Source: Patescibacteria group bacterium
GTDB lineage: Bacteria > Patescibacteriota > Gracilibacteria > UBA4473
DNA length: 64,000 nucleotides
Assembly: GCA_965660445.1 (NCBI GenBank)
Contig: CBFIAK010000001.1
Span: forward strand, 448,001 to 512,000
Reading direction: 5' to 3'
Below the pieces are notes generated by a model. The model saw only the letters and a list, made by a program, of their open reading frames with translations, was not told the DNA's origin and made no database searches. A program made the position numbers and the translations under genes. Below, piece by piece: positions 27,616-38,239 of this stretch. Numbering within the stretch: position 1 is the first letter of the stretch; every line of letters begins with the position of its first letter.

Positions 27616-28986
27616 ATGAAATCAAAAATAACGTATTTATGTACTGAGTGTGGTGATACTTTCTCAAAATGGATGGGGAAATGTGCTACCTGTGGATCAT
27701 GGAATACAATTCAGGAGTATAAAGAAAGTATCGCAGGGTCTCAGAAAACAAAATCAAAAACAGGGAACGATCTTCAGGTACAGAAAAAGACAGATAAACC
27801 ATTGTCTCCATTATTTGCTGATCGATTATCTACGGGTATTCAAGAATTAGACAGAGTTTTGGGTGGTGGATTTTTTCCTGGTTCACTCACTTTGTTTGGA
27901 GGTGCTCCAGGGGTAGGGAAGTCAACGTTATCACTACAAATATTTTTGTCTTTTAAAGAGAAATCCTCGAAAAAAGCGTTTTATTTTTCAGGAGAAGAGA
28001 GTGTCGAACAAGTGTGTCATAGAGCTGACCGTATTTGTGGAGAAGGTATTGATTATTCATTTCGAGATAGTTTATTTTCTACGTATTCATTAGAAGACAT
28101 TGTGAAAACTATTGAAGTTCAAAAACCAGAATTTGCAGTTATCGATTCCATTCAAATGGTAGGACTCGAAAATGCTCAACTCGGAAGCATCGCACAAATG
28201 AGAGTGAATGCAGAGATTTTGTTGAAAGTGGCAAAACAAACGGGTACCGCCTTACTTGTTATTGGGCATATGACGAAATCAGATGAACTTGCGGGTCCTC
28301 GTTTGTTAGAACATATCGTGGATACTGTCTTGCAACTAGAAGGCGATCGAAACTCAGAAATTCGTATTTTGCGATCACCTAAAAATCGGTTTGGTTCAAC
28401 ACTTGATATAGGTGTTTTTGAAATGCAGTCGCAGGGACTTCGAGATCTTCTCAATCCTTCGGAATTTTTCTTGTCAGAACGAGTCGCTGGAGGGTTTGGA
28501 TCCGTTATAACCGTTATGCGGGAAGGGGCTCGTAATTTTTTAATAGAAATACAAGCGTTGACTGTTCGTACAAATTTTGGACTTCCTCGTCGAACAAGTC
28601 ATGGGGTTGATATGGCAAAACTTCATTTGCTTTTAGCGGTCATTTCAAAATTCACCCCATTTTCATGTGATGCGCATGATGCTTATGTGAATATTACTAG
28701 TGGCATGAAATTATCAGAACCATCGTGTGATTTAGCAATCATTGCGGCTTTGGTGAGTTCCCGAGCAGAAAAAGAAGTTCCCGCTGATACGATTGTATTA
28801 GGAGAGGTTGGACTTTCAGGGGAAGTAAGAAGTGTGTCTTCGTTACAATCACGTATACAGGAAGCGGAAAAACTTGGATTTAAACGAGCTATTATTCCTC
28901 ATATGAGAGGCTCCTTATCATCAGGTATGCAGTTGCATGAAGTAAAAACCGTTCAAGAAAGTCTTCGAATACTCTTTGGGGCGTAG
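27616..28986 (+). CDS. radA: DNA repair protein RadA/Sms
   Basis: CTECG..KWMGKC..CGSWNT zinc finger, GAPGVGKST, KNRFGS. Confidence 0.97.
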   Translation: MKSKITYLCTECGDTFSKWMGKCATCGSWNTIQEYKESIAGSQKTKSKTGNDLQVQKKTDKPLSPLFADRLSTGIQELDRVLGGGFFPGSLTLFGGAPGVGKSTLSLQIFLSFKEKSSKKAFYFSGEESVEQVCHRADRICGEGIDYSFRDSLFSTYSLEDIVKTIEVQKPEFAVIDSIQMVGLENAQLGSIAQMRVNAEILLKVAKQTGTALLVIGHMTKSDELAGPRLLEHIVDTVLQLEGDRNSEIRILRSPKNRFGSTLDIGVFEMQSQGLRDLLNPSEFFLSERVAGGFGSVITVMREGARNFLIEIQALTVRTNFGLPRRTSHGVDMAKLHLLLAVISKFTPFSCDAHDAYVNITSGMKLSEPSCDLAIIAALVSSRAEKEVPADTIVLGEVGLSGEVRSVSSLQSRIQEAEKLGFKRAIIPHMRGSLSSGMQLHEVKTVQESLRILFGA

Positions 28987-28988
28987 TC

Positions 28989-29765
28989 TTATTCGTCGGG
29001 ATAGAGATTTTCTTCAGGTCCTTGAGATACCGAAAGATTGTCGATGTTGGACAATTTTTGTGTTCGAGAAGAGTCAGGGTTATAGGTCTGATAGAGCAGT
29101 TCTATAATTTCTTGAGTGTTTAGCATTCTGACGCTCAATCCACAGTTTTCGATAGCTGTTCGTACTACATTTACACGTGCTTGGAGTGTTTTTTGTAGAT
29201 CAGAAAACTCTTTTCGGCGTTTAATGATATCAAGGACCGTATCATCCGTTTTGATATAGGCAATAAACTTTGCAAATAATGATTTTGGTTGTGCTCGTAA
29301 TGGGTCAACGGGAATCACAATAAAGAATCGTTTTTGCATGATATCAGCACGTTCGACAATTCGTTGAATATACTCTATATATTCATTCATTTGGTCTTGC
29401 AAAAGTTGATTTTGCAGACGTTTACTTTGATTGTGTAATTTATGAATATAACTATCAATATCGAGTTTTTTTGATTTAACACATATTTGTATAGGAAAAT
29501 CGAGTGCGTTTAAGAACTTTTGATACGAAAGAATAATAGCTTCTTGTTCTTCTGGTGATTTAAGATTGAAGTTCATAGATGTCACTTCCAACACAGCTCG
29601 AACACCTCCTTTTTTCAGAATGAGTACAGAATTATGAGCCGCTGCAAATTCTAAATAGCGTTGAGTAGAAAGAATCTTATTTTTTGGTTTCAATGGACTC
29701 TCCACAAGCGCACTTGCAGTTTGTTCAAACGTTGAAGGATCTTTTTGTGTGTTTTTATTACTCAT
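28989..29765 (-). CDS. Conjugation/T4SS-associated protein (TraC/VirB4 N-terminal-like)
   Basis: STQRYL...AVLEVTSMNFNLKSPEEQEAII..YQKFLNALDFPIQI; coupled to the PrgI-like gene. Confidence 0.6.
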   Translation of the reverse strand: MSNKNTQKDPSTFEQTASALVESPLKPKNKILSTQRYLEFAAAHNSVLILKKGGVRAVLEVTSMNFNLKSPEEQEAIILSYQKFLNALDFPIQICVKSKKLDIDSYIHKLHNQSKRLQNQLLQDQMNEYIEYIQRIVERADIMQKRFFIVIPVDPLRAQPKSLFAKFIAYIKTDDTVLDIIKRRKEFSDLQKTLQARVNVVRTAIENCGLSVRMLNTQEIIELLYQTYNPDSSRTQKLSNIDNLSVSQGPEENLYPDE

Positions 29766-30213
29766 GAGTGTGCGAATAATACGTTTTATGATCAAGGAAA
29801 TCAGCTAATTCTTTTGCTTTTTCTTTATCGTACTGTTTTGTTTCTGTCTGTTCAACCTTCTTTTGAAGTGGATCTACTTTTGTGGTTATTGAAACAAATG
29901 GTTCGCCTGCCCCAGCTATCCAATACCGTTTTGGATACCGGAAAAATCCATGTTCCATAAGCAGGAGGAATAGATGAGAGATACTCACACCTTTTATTCT
30001 TATAAAGGCAATAATAATGGCGAGTACAGCAGGAGTCCAAATAAGAACCATAAGGAGAGCAGAGACTTCAGATGAATCTTTTCCTTCTGCGAGATTTATG
30101 AAAAGAAGGTACGATATTCCACCACCCACTAAAAGAATTATCAGTTGTCTGAAGGTTATAAACCATAACACCTGATCTTCTCTTTCGACATTTTGAGGAA
30201 CTTTGAAACGCAT
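29758..30213 (-). CDS. PrgI-family membrane protein
   Basis: MRFKVPQNVEREDQV..ITFRQLIIL, two TM segments, PKRYW. Confidence 0.8.
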   Translation of the reverse strand: MRFKVPQNVEREDQVLWFITFRQLIILLVGGGISYLLFINLAEGKDSSEVSALLMVLIWTPAVLAIIIAFIRIKGVSISHLFLLLMEHGFFRYPKRYWIAGAGEPFVSITTKVDPLQKKVEQTETKQYDKEKAKELADFLDHKTYYSHTHE

Positions 30214-30343
30214 ATCGGTTCATTATATCACAAAAAACCCAGAAAATCAATACAGAACAAGAAATATTTTATGTTTTTAGATGAGTTTGTTTTATCTTTT
30301 TTTAAAATTTTGTATTATGCGCCTGTATTTTAAATAATTAGTA

Positions 30344-31846
30344 TTGATGCAAGAAGATCATAAGCTCATTCAGCAGCGAAAACAGAAATGGCAGTTATGG
30401 CAAGAAAAAGGCTATGATTATGCAGAAAAATTTGATCGAACTCATACGACTCAAGAAGCCCAAGAGCATGCAGGCAATATAACTCTACGATCAGCAGAAT
30501 CGGTTCTGGAAAATCCTAGTAGTAGTGTGCGTATGTGTGGGCGGATACTCAATATGCGTCATATGGGAAAGTTGTCGTTTGTGCGTATTCGCGATGGATA
30601 TGGTGATTTTCAGATTTGTCTATCAAAAAATGTATTGGATGATGCGTATACGGATTTTATAAAAATATTAGATTTAGGAGATTTTTGTGGGTTTGCAGGA
30701 GAATTTTTTATCACAAAACATGGAGAACCAACACTTCTTGCACAATCGGTTCTTCCTTTGTCAAAATCACTGCGTCCTTTGCCTGAAAAATTTCATGGTA
30801 TTCATGATAAAGAATTGTGTTATAGAAAACGATATCTTGATATTCTTATGAATCAAGAAACATTTCAACGATTTCAAGTCAGAAGCCGAGTGATACAGTT
30901 TATTCGACAATTTTTGATGGAGAAAGGGTTTTTAGAAATAGAAACACGCACACTCGTGCCGCAAGCTGGAGGGGCGATGGCAAAAGTGTTTGAAACTCAT
31001 CATGAAGCACTTGATACTGATTTTTCATTGCGCATTGCGTTAGAACTTGATTTGAAAATGGCTGTGGTTGGGGGTTATGAGCGTGTTTTTGAAATAGGAA
31101 AATGTTTTCGGAATGAAGGAATGGATCCTTCTCATTTACAAGAATTTACAATGCTTGAATGGTATGCAGCCTATAAAGATTTAGAAGAGAATATGGCATG
31201 GACTCAAGAAATGATTCTCATGGTTCTTGAAAATGTATTGGGGACAAAAAAAGTAAATATTCAAACAAAAAACAAAGATATGCTTGAGATTGATTTTTCA
31301 AAAACATGGAAACGAAAGAATTTTGCTGATTTATTATTGGAATATGCAGGACTCAATATGTTTGAAGCTTCCGATAGTGATATTCGTACAAAAGCTCGTG
31401 AAGTTGGGATAGATGCCAAAGATATTGAAAAAACAGGGCGTGCGAACTTACTCGATGATATTTATAAGAAAACAGCTCGTCCTCATTTATTAGAACCAAC
31501 ATTTGTGATGAATTATCCTTCTGAGCTCAAGCCACTTGCTCGTCCCAATGGAGATGGAACGGCTAGTTGTGCGCAATTACTGGTTGCTGGATGGGAAATT
31601 ACAAATGCTTACGGGGAATTAGTCGATCCACAGTTACAACGTTCTCTTTTAGAAGACCAAGCGAAAGCAAAATCAGCAGGTGACGAAGAAGCAATGGATG
31701 TGAATGAAGAGTTTCTACAAGCCATGGAATACGGCATGCCTCCTATGACTGGTTTTGGAATGGGAATTGATCGATTTGTAACGCTTATTACCCAGCAAGA
31801 CAATTTGCGTGACACGGTTTTATTTCCGTTAATGAAGCGAGAATAA
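30344..31846 (+). CDS. lysS: Lysine--tRNA ligase (class II)
   Basis: RPLPEKFHG, FRNEGMDPSHLQEFTMLEWY, GMPPMTGFGMGIDR. Confidence 0.98.
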   Translation: MMQEDHKLIQQRKQKWQLWQEKGYDYAEKFDRTHTTQEAQEHAGNITLRSAESVLENPSSSVRMCGRILNMRHMGKLSFVRIRDGYGDFQICLSKNVLDDAYTDFIKILDLGDFCGFAGEFFITKHGEPTLLAQSVLPLSKSLRPLPEKFHGIHDKELCYRKRYLDILMNQETFQRFQVRSRVIQFIRQFLMEKGFLEIETRTLVPQAGGAMAKVFETHHEALDTDFSLRIALELDLKMAVVGGYERVFEIGKCFRNEGMDPSHLQEFTMLEWYAAYKDLEENMAWTQEMILMVLENVLGTKKVNIQTKNKDMLEIDFSKTWKRKNFADLLLEYAGLNMFEASDSDIRTKAREVGIDAKDIEKTGRANLLDDIYKKTARPHLLEPTFVMNYPSELKPLARPNGDGTASCAQLLVAGWEITNAYGELVDPQLQRSLLEDQAKAKSAGDEEAMDVNEEFLQAMEYGMPPMTGFGMGIDRFVTLITQQDNLRDTVLFPLMKRE

Positions 31847-31865
31847 TATTTTTATGAACACATAA

Positions 31866-32927
31866 ATGATACAGAAATTGTCGTTGCAAGATTTTCGGAA
31901 TTACGAGCATCGAGAGTTTGTATTTGAATCGAAAAATATTGTTTTTTGTGGACCAAATGGTATAGGAAAAACGAATATTTTAGAATCAATTGCATTACTC
32001 AGTGTTGGGAAATCGTGGAGAGAATCTTCTCCATCTGATCTTATTCGAGATGGGGCGTCTTCAGCACTTCTTTCAGCAACATTATCTAATAATGACTTGT
32101 ACACAATAAGTGTTCAAGAGAGGTCTCGTCAGTTTTATAAAAATGAAAAAAAAATTCCGCTCCATCGTTATTTTGGAGGGATTGCAACCTTATTGTTTGT
32201 GCCTGAGTACTTACATTTATTAACAGGAAGTCGAAGTAATAGAGTTCGTTTTTTTGATCGGTTTTGTTTACAGTTGTCATCAGAGTTTCGTGATGTTATG
32301 GCCCGTTTTAATAAAGCTATTCGTCAAAAGAATGCCGTATTAAAAGACGAACGTTTTATGGGAGATTCAGAAGAATTACGTCATTTGTTGCACCCATGGA
32401 ATGTTATTTTGAGTGAGACCATCCCAGAAATTATTCGTTATAGGAAAGATATGCTTGAGTCTCTTAATCCGTTTATGTCGGCACAAATGAAAAATATATC
32501 TGGTAATAATGAAGAAGTTTTTATTCATCTCACGCACAAAGAGGTTTACGAACCAACAAAAGAAGGGGTTGCTTCTTTTTTTGAAGAACAACATTATAAA
32601 GAAGTATCTGCACGTCGAGCTTTAATTGGGGCACACTTAGATGATTTTTCATTTTTTTTACGAGATAAACCATTATCGAGTAGTGCGAGTCGTGGTGAAG
32701 AACGTTCTGTTTTGTTATCGCTTCTTTCGGCACAAAAAACAATGATGCAATCGCAATATGACAAAGAAATTATTTTATTATTAGATGATGTCTTTTCAGA
32801 GCTCGATCAGTCTCGTCAGGATTATTTAGAACATTTGTGTCAAGAATCTCAAATATTTTTTACGACAACCCATACAGATCATTTTAAGAATTTTCGAGCT
32901 CCAACAGAAATGTATGAAATAGTGTAA
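31866..32927 (+). CDS. recF: DNA replication/repair protein RecF
   Basis: DFRNY, GPNGIGKTNILESI, SRGEER, LLLDDVFSELD. Confidence 0.95.
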   Translation: MIQKLSLQDFRNYEHREFVFESKNIVFCGPNGIGKTNILESIALLSVGKSWRESSPSDLIRDGASSALLSATLSNNDLYTISVQERSRQFYKNEKKIPLHRYFGGIATLLFVPEYLHLLTGSRSNRVRFFDRFCLQLSSEFRDVMARFNKAIRQKNAVLKDERFMGDSEELRHLLHPWNVILSETIPEIIRYRKDMLESLNPFMSAQMKNISGNNEEVFIHLTHKEVYEPTKEGVASFFEEQHYKEVSARRALIGAHLDDFSFFLRDKPLSSSASRGEERSVLLSLLSAQKTMMQSQYDKEIILLLDDVFSELDQSRQDYLEHLCQESQIFFTTTHTDHFKNFRAPTEMYEIV

Positions 32928-33011
32928 AGACATGATAAATCAAGATGATTTCGTTGACGAAAGAAAAGGAAGTCCTTATAAAGGGCATGTCTCTTTAAAT
33001 ATTTATATATT

Positions 33012-33335
33012 ATGATTAAAAACATATTTTCACGTTCAGAATCGTGTTCGAAACTTCATTGGTTTTTTGTTGTCTGGAGTATTATTGGATTGGCTTATAT
33101 CGTTACGGATATAAAGATGACGCTTGAGGATAAACAGACATGGACGCAACAAGCGTATAATGAAGGAATCCGTGCGGGAGTGCTCGACCTTGTAACTCAA
33201 GCAATGGATTTAGCTGACCAATGTGAAATTGTGCCTCTTGTGATGCAAGAAAAACAAGTAAATCTTATGAATGTTGATTGTTTAAATGACGATTCAGCAG
33301 AAATAGAAACAAGCGAAGTTCTTCCTCAAGAATAA
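33012..33335 (+). CDS. Hypothetical single-TM protein
   Basis: One TM segment and two Cys. Confidence 0.55.
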   Translation: MIKNIFSRSESCSKLHWFFVVWSIIGLAYIVTDIKMTLEDKQTWTQQAYNEGIRAGVLDLVTQAMDLADQCEIVPLVMQEKQVNLMNVDCLNDDSAEIETSEVLPQE

Positions 33336-33418
33336 TATAAAAATATAAAATATCACATTGTCACTATAAAAAGACAATAAAAATTCGCGCATATATTGTT
33401 CACTCACTACAATAAAAA

Positions 33419-33865
33419 ATGAAAAATAAATTATTTTTCATTTTTTATTATTTATGCTTTCCTATGCGTATTGTGCTGCAAAACGAAATCTTACGAAAAG
33501 CAAGTAAACGAGGACTTATGGCTGCCTTTTTATTGCTTATCGCACAGGTGGTGCCGTATATTGAAAAATTTCAACTGCTTTCGTACTTACAGGTGCCGAT
33601 AACTGAAGATGTACAAAATGTATTACTCTATGGTCCAGATATTTTACGAATGGTTGGTTATTTACTCCTCTTGTATTGTTTTAGTGCTTTTATGTATAGT
33701 TTTAAGGTGTATGACGATGAAGATACTCGGGTTCCGCAATTAGCCCATAAAGCACGGAATCCCAATAAAGATATTAAGCAAGCTTTTGTTCAAGCACAGA
33801 CGCCACAGGAGCTATCACTTGATGATGAGGAAGAGAAAGATGCCCCAGGTGAAAAAAAGAAATAG
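33419..33865 (+). CDS. Hypothetical membrane protein
   Basis: Two TM segments; true start may be ATG 33464. Confidence 0.55.
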   Translation: MKNKLFFIFYYLCFPMRIVLQNEILRKASKRGLMAAFLLLIAQVVPYIEKFQLLSYLQVPITEDVQNVLLYGPDILRMVGYLLLLYCFSAFMYSFKVYDDEDTRVPQLAHKARNPNKDIKQAFVQAQTPQELSLDDEEEKDAPGEKKK

Positions 33866-34409
33866 TGTTGTGATGGGGGAGTACTGCAAAAACTGACTGG
33901 AGAATAATCCGAAACCAAATAGTGTATTGATCGGGGTTTTGGGTGATATCTTGTATCAGTGTTTCAAGTGAGACCCATCGATAATCTTCTACCTCTTGCG
34001 GATGAGGAGTGAATTTTGGTTGTGTATTGTACCCCACAAAAACATGATCAAACTCATATTCAGTAAGTCCATTCTCAAATTCTGATTTATAGATAAATGA
34101 AAAAAGAGGTTTTAATGAAGCCTGTATCCCCATTTCTTCTTGCAGTCTTTTTTCAGCAGAGGTGGTCATATTTTCATATGGTTGGGGATGTGAACAACAA
34201 GTGTTGGTCCACAGTCCTCCACAGTGGTATTTTTCAGATGCTCGTTTATGAATTAAGAGTTCATTTTTTTCATTCAACAAAAAAACAGAAAAACATCGAT
34301 GAAGGAGTCCTTTTTGATGGGCTTCAAGTTTCTCCATAGTTCCTATTTGTGTGTCGTGGGTATCTACTAAGATAACGTGTGGACGCAGGGTAGAAGCAAG
34401 AAGTGTCAT
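33774..34409 (-). CDS. idi: Isopentenyl-diphosphate delta-isomerase, type 1
   Basis: KLEAHQKGLLHRCFS, WTNTCCSHP, RLQEEMG, EYEFDHVF. Confidence 0.95.
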   Translation of the reverse strand: MTLLASTLRPHVILVDTHDTQIGTMEKLEAHQKGLLHRCFSVFLLNEKNELLIHKRASEKYHCGGLWTNTCCSHPQPYENMTTSAEKRLQEEMGIQASLKPLFSFIYKSEFENGLTEYEFDHVFVGYNTQPKFTPHPQEVEDYRWVSLETLIQDITQNPDQYTIWFRIILQSVFAVLPHHNTISFFHLGHLSLPHHQVIAPVASVLEQKLA

Positions 34410-34415
34410 GTGGTC

Positions 34416-36038
34416 TTAGATATGTTTTATATCAGGAATAGTATGAAACTGAGAAAGAAGTGTCTTTATTTCAAATGTTAAGAGTGATAACTCATTTTCT
34501 TGTATTGGATTATCAGATTCTTCTACCATTTGTAGTGCGATAAGTCGAGCAACGATTTGCCCAAGGATTTGTCGTTTTCTTTGAGAAAGGTTTCCATCGA
34601 TATGAAAGTTGAGATCATCATAAAAATTGGTTATTCCCTGTTGAGTTTCTTTCAAGGTTGCTAAATAATCACTTAAAGGTGCTTGTTCTCGACGCATATT
34701 GCGAATTAATGCTTCTGTTATCTGAGAATATAAAATATCATTTGGACCTTCAAATATCTGAAATGGTCGTGAATCAGCAGTTGCTTTGCTTGCTCGGCTG
34801 TGTTTTTCGTATCCATGACTTCCCATGAGTTGTTGAAACGATTGTGCAGATTCTTGCATATAATCAGTCATAAGCGCTTTCATGCTATTGGCAAGAATAA
34901 GAGAATCGGATAAGTCTTGAGAGAGATCAATATTTTTTCCTAAAAATGTACAAATATCATCACATAGAGCACTCCATGTTTGCAGTTGTGCTACTCGGAA
35001 TTCAGCTTGATCATAAGAAAGCAATGGTTTGTCTTGTATCATTCTTTTTTGCGTGTGTGCCAAGGCTTCTTCATAGTTTCGTTGCAAAAATCCTTGAGCC
35101 ATCCCTGGAAATTGTAATCGACTTGTACAGAGCATATTAAGCAGCATTCGTAACCCTTTTCGGTCTTCAGTTTCGAGTTTGTTTTCAGCGGGAACAGTAA
35201 TATCAATTTCATTTTTTCCGTATGGAATCATCCAAAGTCCTTGTGTTTCATATGGAGTTGTGCGTATGTTTTTATCTTCGTTTTTATGTAAGAAAAAATG
35301 AAGAGAACTTCCAAGTGATGCGTCATCTCTTTTTTCTCGAGCTGCAATAATCCACCAATCGGTATCTTCACTTGAAAGTCCTTGCCAGTGTTTTGTTCCT
35401 TGAATATTGACCCCTTCGGGAGTATTTTCAAATGATGTTTGCATATGAAATGCATCAGATCCAAAATCAGGTTCAGTAATTGCAAAAGCACTTGTTTTCC
35501 CTTGGGCAATATCATCAAGAAATTCTTTTTTTATGTCTTCTTGTGCATATTTTTTTACAGGATCAATGCATAAGCCTCCCACAATACCAACCATAAGAGA
35601 AAGGGGAAGTGAGTGATATGATGCTTTTGACAACAATTTTAAGTTTTCTTCCATATTGGAAGGTCTTCCTCCATGAGATTCTGGAAGATAGGTTAAAAGA
35701 GCTCCATTACGAACCAAATGTTCCCATGTTTCGCGAGAGAGAGGGGATTTGTGAATATCACTTTTTTCATCCGAAAAGAGTTTTTCAACGGTTTCAGAGA
35801 AATGATTAAGATAGGTTTCTTGGTCACATGTCTGAAGATTTGGAACCACTGATTCAACAGACGATTGTGTTTCTTTTTGAATTTCAGCGATCGATTTATC
35901 ATGAGAGTTTTCAAACTCAAATTGGTTTTTATCACTTTGTGCGTCATATGCTATTTGTAGTTTTCGTTCGTCTCCAAACTCTAAATCGCTCTTATCGTTT
36001 TGTGCTTCAAAACTCTTATGCATCATAGTAAAAACCAA
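34416..36038 (-). CDS. Acyl-CoA dehydrogenase family protein with an N-terminal acidic extension
   Basis: AITEPDFGSDA, GTKHWQG, QLMGSHGY, RPFQIFEGPN. Confidence 0.88.
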   Translation of the reverse strand: MVFTMMHKSFEAQNDKSDLEFGDERKLQIAYDAQSDKNQFEFENSHDKSIAEIQKETQSSVESVVPNLQTCDQETYLNHFSETVEKLFSDEKSDIHKSPLSRETWEHLVRNGALLTYLPESHGGRPSNMEENLKLLSKASYHSLPLSLMVGIVGGLCIDPVKKYAQEDIKKEFLDDIAQGKTSAFAITEPDFGSDAFHMQTSFENTPEGVNIQGTKHWQGLSSEDTDWWIIAAREKRDDASLGSSLHFFLHKNEDKNIRTTPYETQGLWMIPYGKNEIDITVPAENKLETEDRKGLRMLLNMLCTSRLQFPGMAQGFLQRNYEEALAHTQKRMIQDKPLLSYDQAEFRVAQLQTWSALCDDICTFLGKNIDLSQDLSDSLILANSMKALMTDYMQESAQSFQQLMGSHGYEKHSRASKATADSRPFQIFEGPNDILYSQITEALIRNMRREQAPLSDYLATLKETQQGITNFYDDLNFHIDGNLSQRKRQILGQIVARLIALQMVEESDNPIQENELSLLTFEIKTLLSQFHTIPDIKHI

Positions 36039-36100
36039 TCATAAAAATAAGCTTGCTTATGGTATAACAAAATAAAAAAAGTGCAAGTGATTCTTTTTCT

Positions 36101-36499
36101 TTATTGATTCTCTATCGATGAAATACTTATACGGCTATTTTCTCCGGGGGTCAGTGAATATATGTGTGTTGGAATGAATACAAGAAGACCTTTTAAGTAT
36201 CTATCTGGGTGGAGTTCTTTTACTATTTGGGTGGCTTCTTCGAAATCTTTGCCTGTTGTGCAATATTCGATAGTGCCTTTGAGCTGATAGCCTTCTAGAT
36301 CATGCCAACACGACAAACTCACTTCATTGTTGTGAAGTATGTTATCAGTTGTTTTTTCCATAAAATAATCAAATAACCATATACAGGTTTCAAATACTTT
36401 AATAGTGGAGACAGGAGCCACATTGATACCATGTGGCCCGTATGTCCCAAGTGCTTTAGCATCACACTGTCGAATGAATTCACAGAGTAAATCGTTCAT
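36101..36499 (-). CDS. Pyridoxamine 5'-phosphate oxidase-like FMN-binding protein
   Basis: GINVAPVS, KTTDNI, GYQLKG. Confidence 0.8.
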   Translation of the reverse strand: MNDLLCEFIRQCDAKALGTYGPHGINVAPVSTIKVFETCIWLFDYFMEKTTDNILHNNEVSLSCWHDLEGYQLKGTIEYCTTGKDFEEATQIVKELHPDRYLKGLLVFIPTHIYSLTPGENSRISISSIENQ

Positions 36500-36517
36500 A
36501 TGTTTTTTAGAATAAGT

Positions 36518-38200
36518 TTATGCTTGGCAAGCTGTACATTCGTTGAACGGATTTTTCTTTCGTCCAAACTGTTGAGCGGCATTAACACTGTGTTGGTAAT
36601 AAAGTGTTTTTATACCCATATTCCATGCATGTAAATAAAGCTCGTTTATGAATTTTACAGGAATATCTGGATTTATAGCGAGATTTAAAGATTGCCCTTG
36701 ATCAATGTATTTCTGACGAATAGCTGCCTGATCAATAAGCATTTTCTGGTTGATTTCTTGGAATGTCTTGAAAACATTCTTTTCTTCTTCTGAGAGGAAA
36801 TCAAGTTGTTGCACAGACCCATCATGGTCTCGAATATTTTTCCATACTTCTTTTGTATCATGTCCTTTTTCTTGAAGGAGTTTTTGAAGATATTTATTTT
36901 TAATCGTTACTTTTATTTTATCAATATCTTTCACATAACAGTTCGACCAAACGGGTTCAATACTTTGTGATACTTGTCCTAAAATAAAAGCGGATGATGT
37001 TGTTGGAGCAACAGCCATAAGGGTTGCATTTCGTCGGCCATACCCTTTGAGTACTTCGGGTTCTCCGTATTCTTTTGCCATTTTTTCAGATGCTTTATAC
37101 GCTTCTTTTTGAATGTATTGAAAAATTTCTACATTCAGTTTTGAAGCGTCTTTTGATTCAATCGGAATCATTCGACTTTGCAGTAATGAGTGCCACCCCA
37201 GAACACCGATTCCAAGAGCTCGGTTGGCAAGAGCAAAGTTATACGCTCGTCGCATAAAATCAAATGATCGTTGTTTTCGTGGATCATCACTGTCTCGCAT
37301 AGCTTCAAGTCGTAGAATAAAATCACTCATAACCGCATCGAGGAAATACGCGAGTGTTTCAACCGCATCGGTATCTTTCCATTCTTCGTAGTGTAGAAGA
37401 TTGAGTGATGATAAATCACAGACGAATGACCAGTTTTCGTTTGTCGGAAGGAGTACTTCTGAACACAAGTTACTCGCATGAATTTTAAGATTTTTATCTT
37501 TATATACATCAACGGTATTATTGTTTACATTATCAGTAAACATAATATAGGGATACCCCATTTGGCTTCTTCGTTGAAGTACTTTTGCCCATATAGCTCG
37601 TTTCTTTTCGTCTCCATTGACCATGTCTTGGAGCCATTGGTCTGTAACAGTTACCGCATAGGTCATTTCTTGGATGGGGTTTCCTTCCGTTCCAATTTCG
37701 AGGAATTCATCAATATCAGCATGATCAAGTGGAAGATAAGGCGAAAAATGTCCTCGTCTTACAGATCCTTGACTCACTACATTTAAGAGCCCTTCAAAGA
37801 GTTGCATGAAGTGCACAGCCCCTGATGAGTGCCCATTATTTTTTATTTCGGCTCCTCGTGGTCGAAGATCTCCAAAGTATCCTGCTGTTCCTCCACCATA
37901 TTTGCTCATCATTCCAACTTCTGCTTGTGTATAGAGGATTTGTCCCATGTCGTCTCCTAGGTACGTTGAAAAGCAACTTATAGGAAGTCCTTTATCAAGA
38001 CCAAAGTTAGACCATACAGGAGAAGCCAGTGAATAATAACCTCGTGACATATAGTCATAAAATTTCTTCGCAAACCCTTTTTTATTTAAGAGTTTTTCGG
38101 CGTATTCAGCAATTTCTTGAATTCTCTCTTCGGGAGAGACACCTTTGTTAAGATATCCTTTTTCGAGAAATTTTCTCGAATGTTCGTTGAGCCATTCCAT
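36518..38200 (-). CDS. nrdA: Ribonucleotide reductase class I alpha subunit, short form without ATP cone
   Basis: SNLCSE catalytic motif, APTTSS, TLYY, C-terminal CTAC. Confidence 0.95.
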   Translation of the reverse strand: MEWLNEHSRKFLEKGYLNKGVSPEERIQEIAEYAEKLLNKKGFAKKFYDYMSRGYYSLASPVWSNFGLDKGLPISCFSTYLGDDMGQILYTQAEVGMMSKYGGGTAGYFGDLRPRGAEIKNNGHSSGAVHFMQLFEGLLNVVSQGSVRRGHFSPYLPLDHADIDEFLEIGTEGNPIQEMTYAVTVTDQWLQDMVNGDEKKRAIWAKVLQRRSQMGYPYIMFTDNVNNNTVDVYKDKNLKIHASNLCSEVLLPTNENWSFVCDLSSLNLLHYEEWKDTDAVETLAYFLDAVMSDFILRLEAMRDSDDPRKQRSFDFMRRAYNFALANRALGIGVLGWHSLLQSRMIPIESKDASKLNVEIFQYIQKEAYKASEKMAKEYGEPEVLKGYGRRNATLMAVAPTTSSAFILGQVSQSIEPVWSNCYVKDIDKIKVTIKNKYLQKLLQEKGHDTKEVWKNIRDHDGSVQQLDFLSEEEKNVFKTFQEINQKMLIDQAAIRQKYIDQGQSLNLAINPDIPVKFINELYLHAWNMGIKTLYYQHSVNAAQQFGRKKNPFNECTACQA

Positions 38201-38239
38201 GGGGATTAAAGAGTTAAAAAATATAAAAATAAAAGAGGG

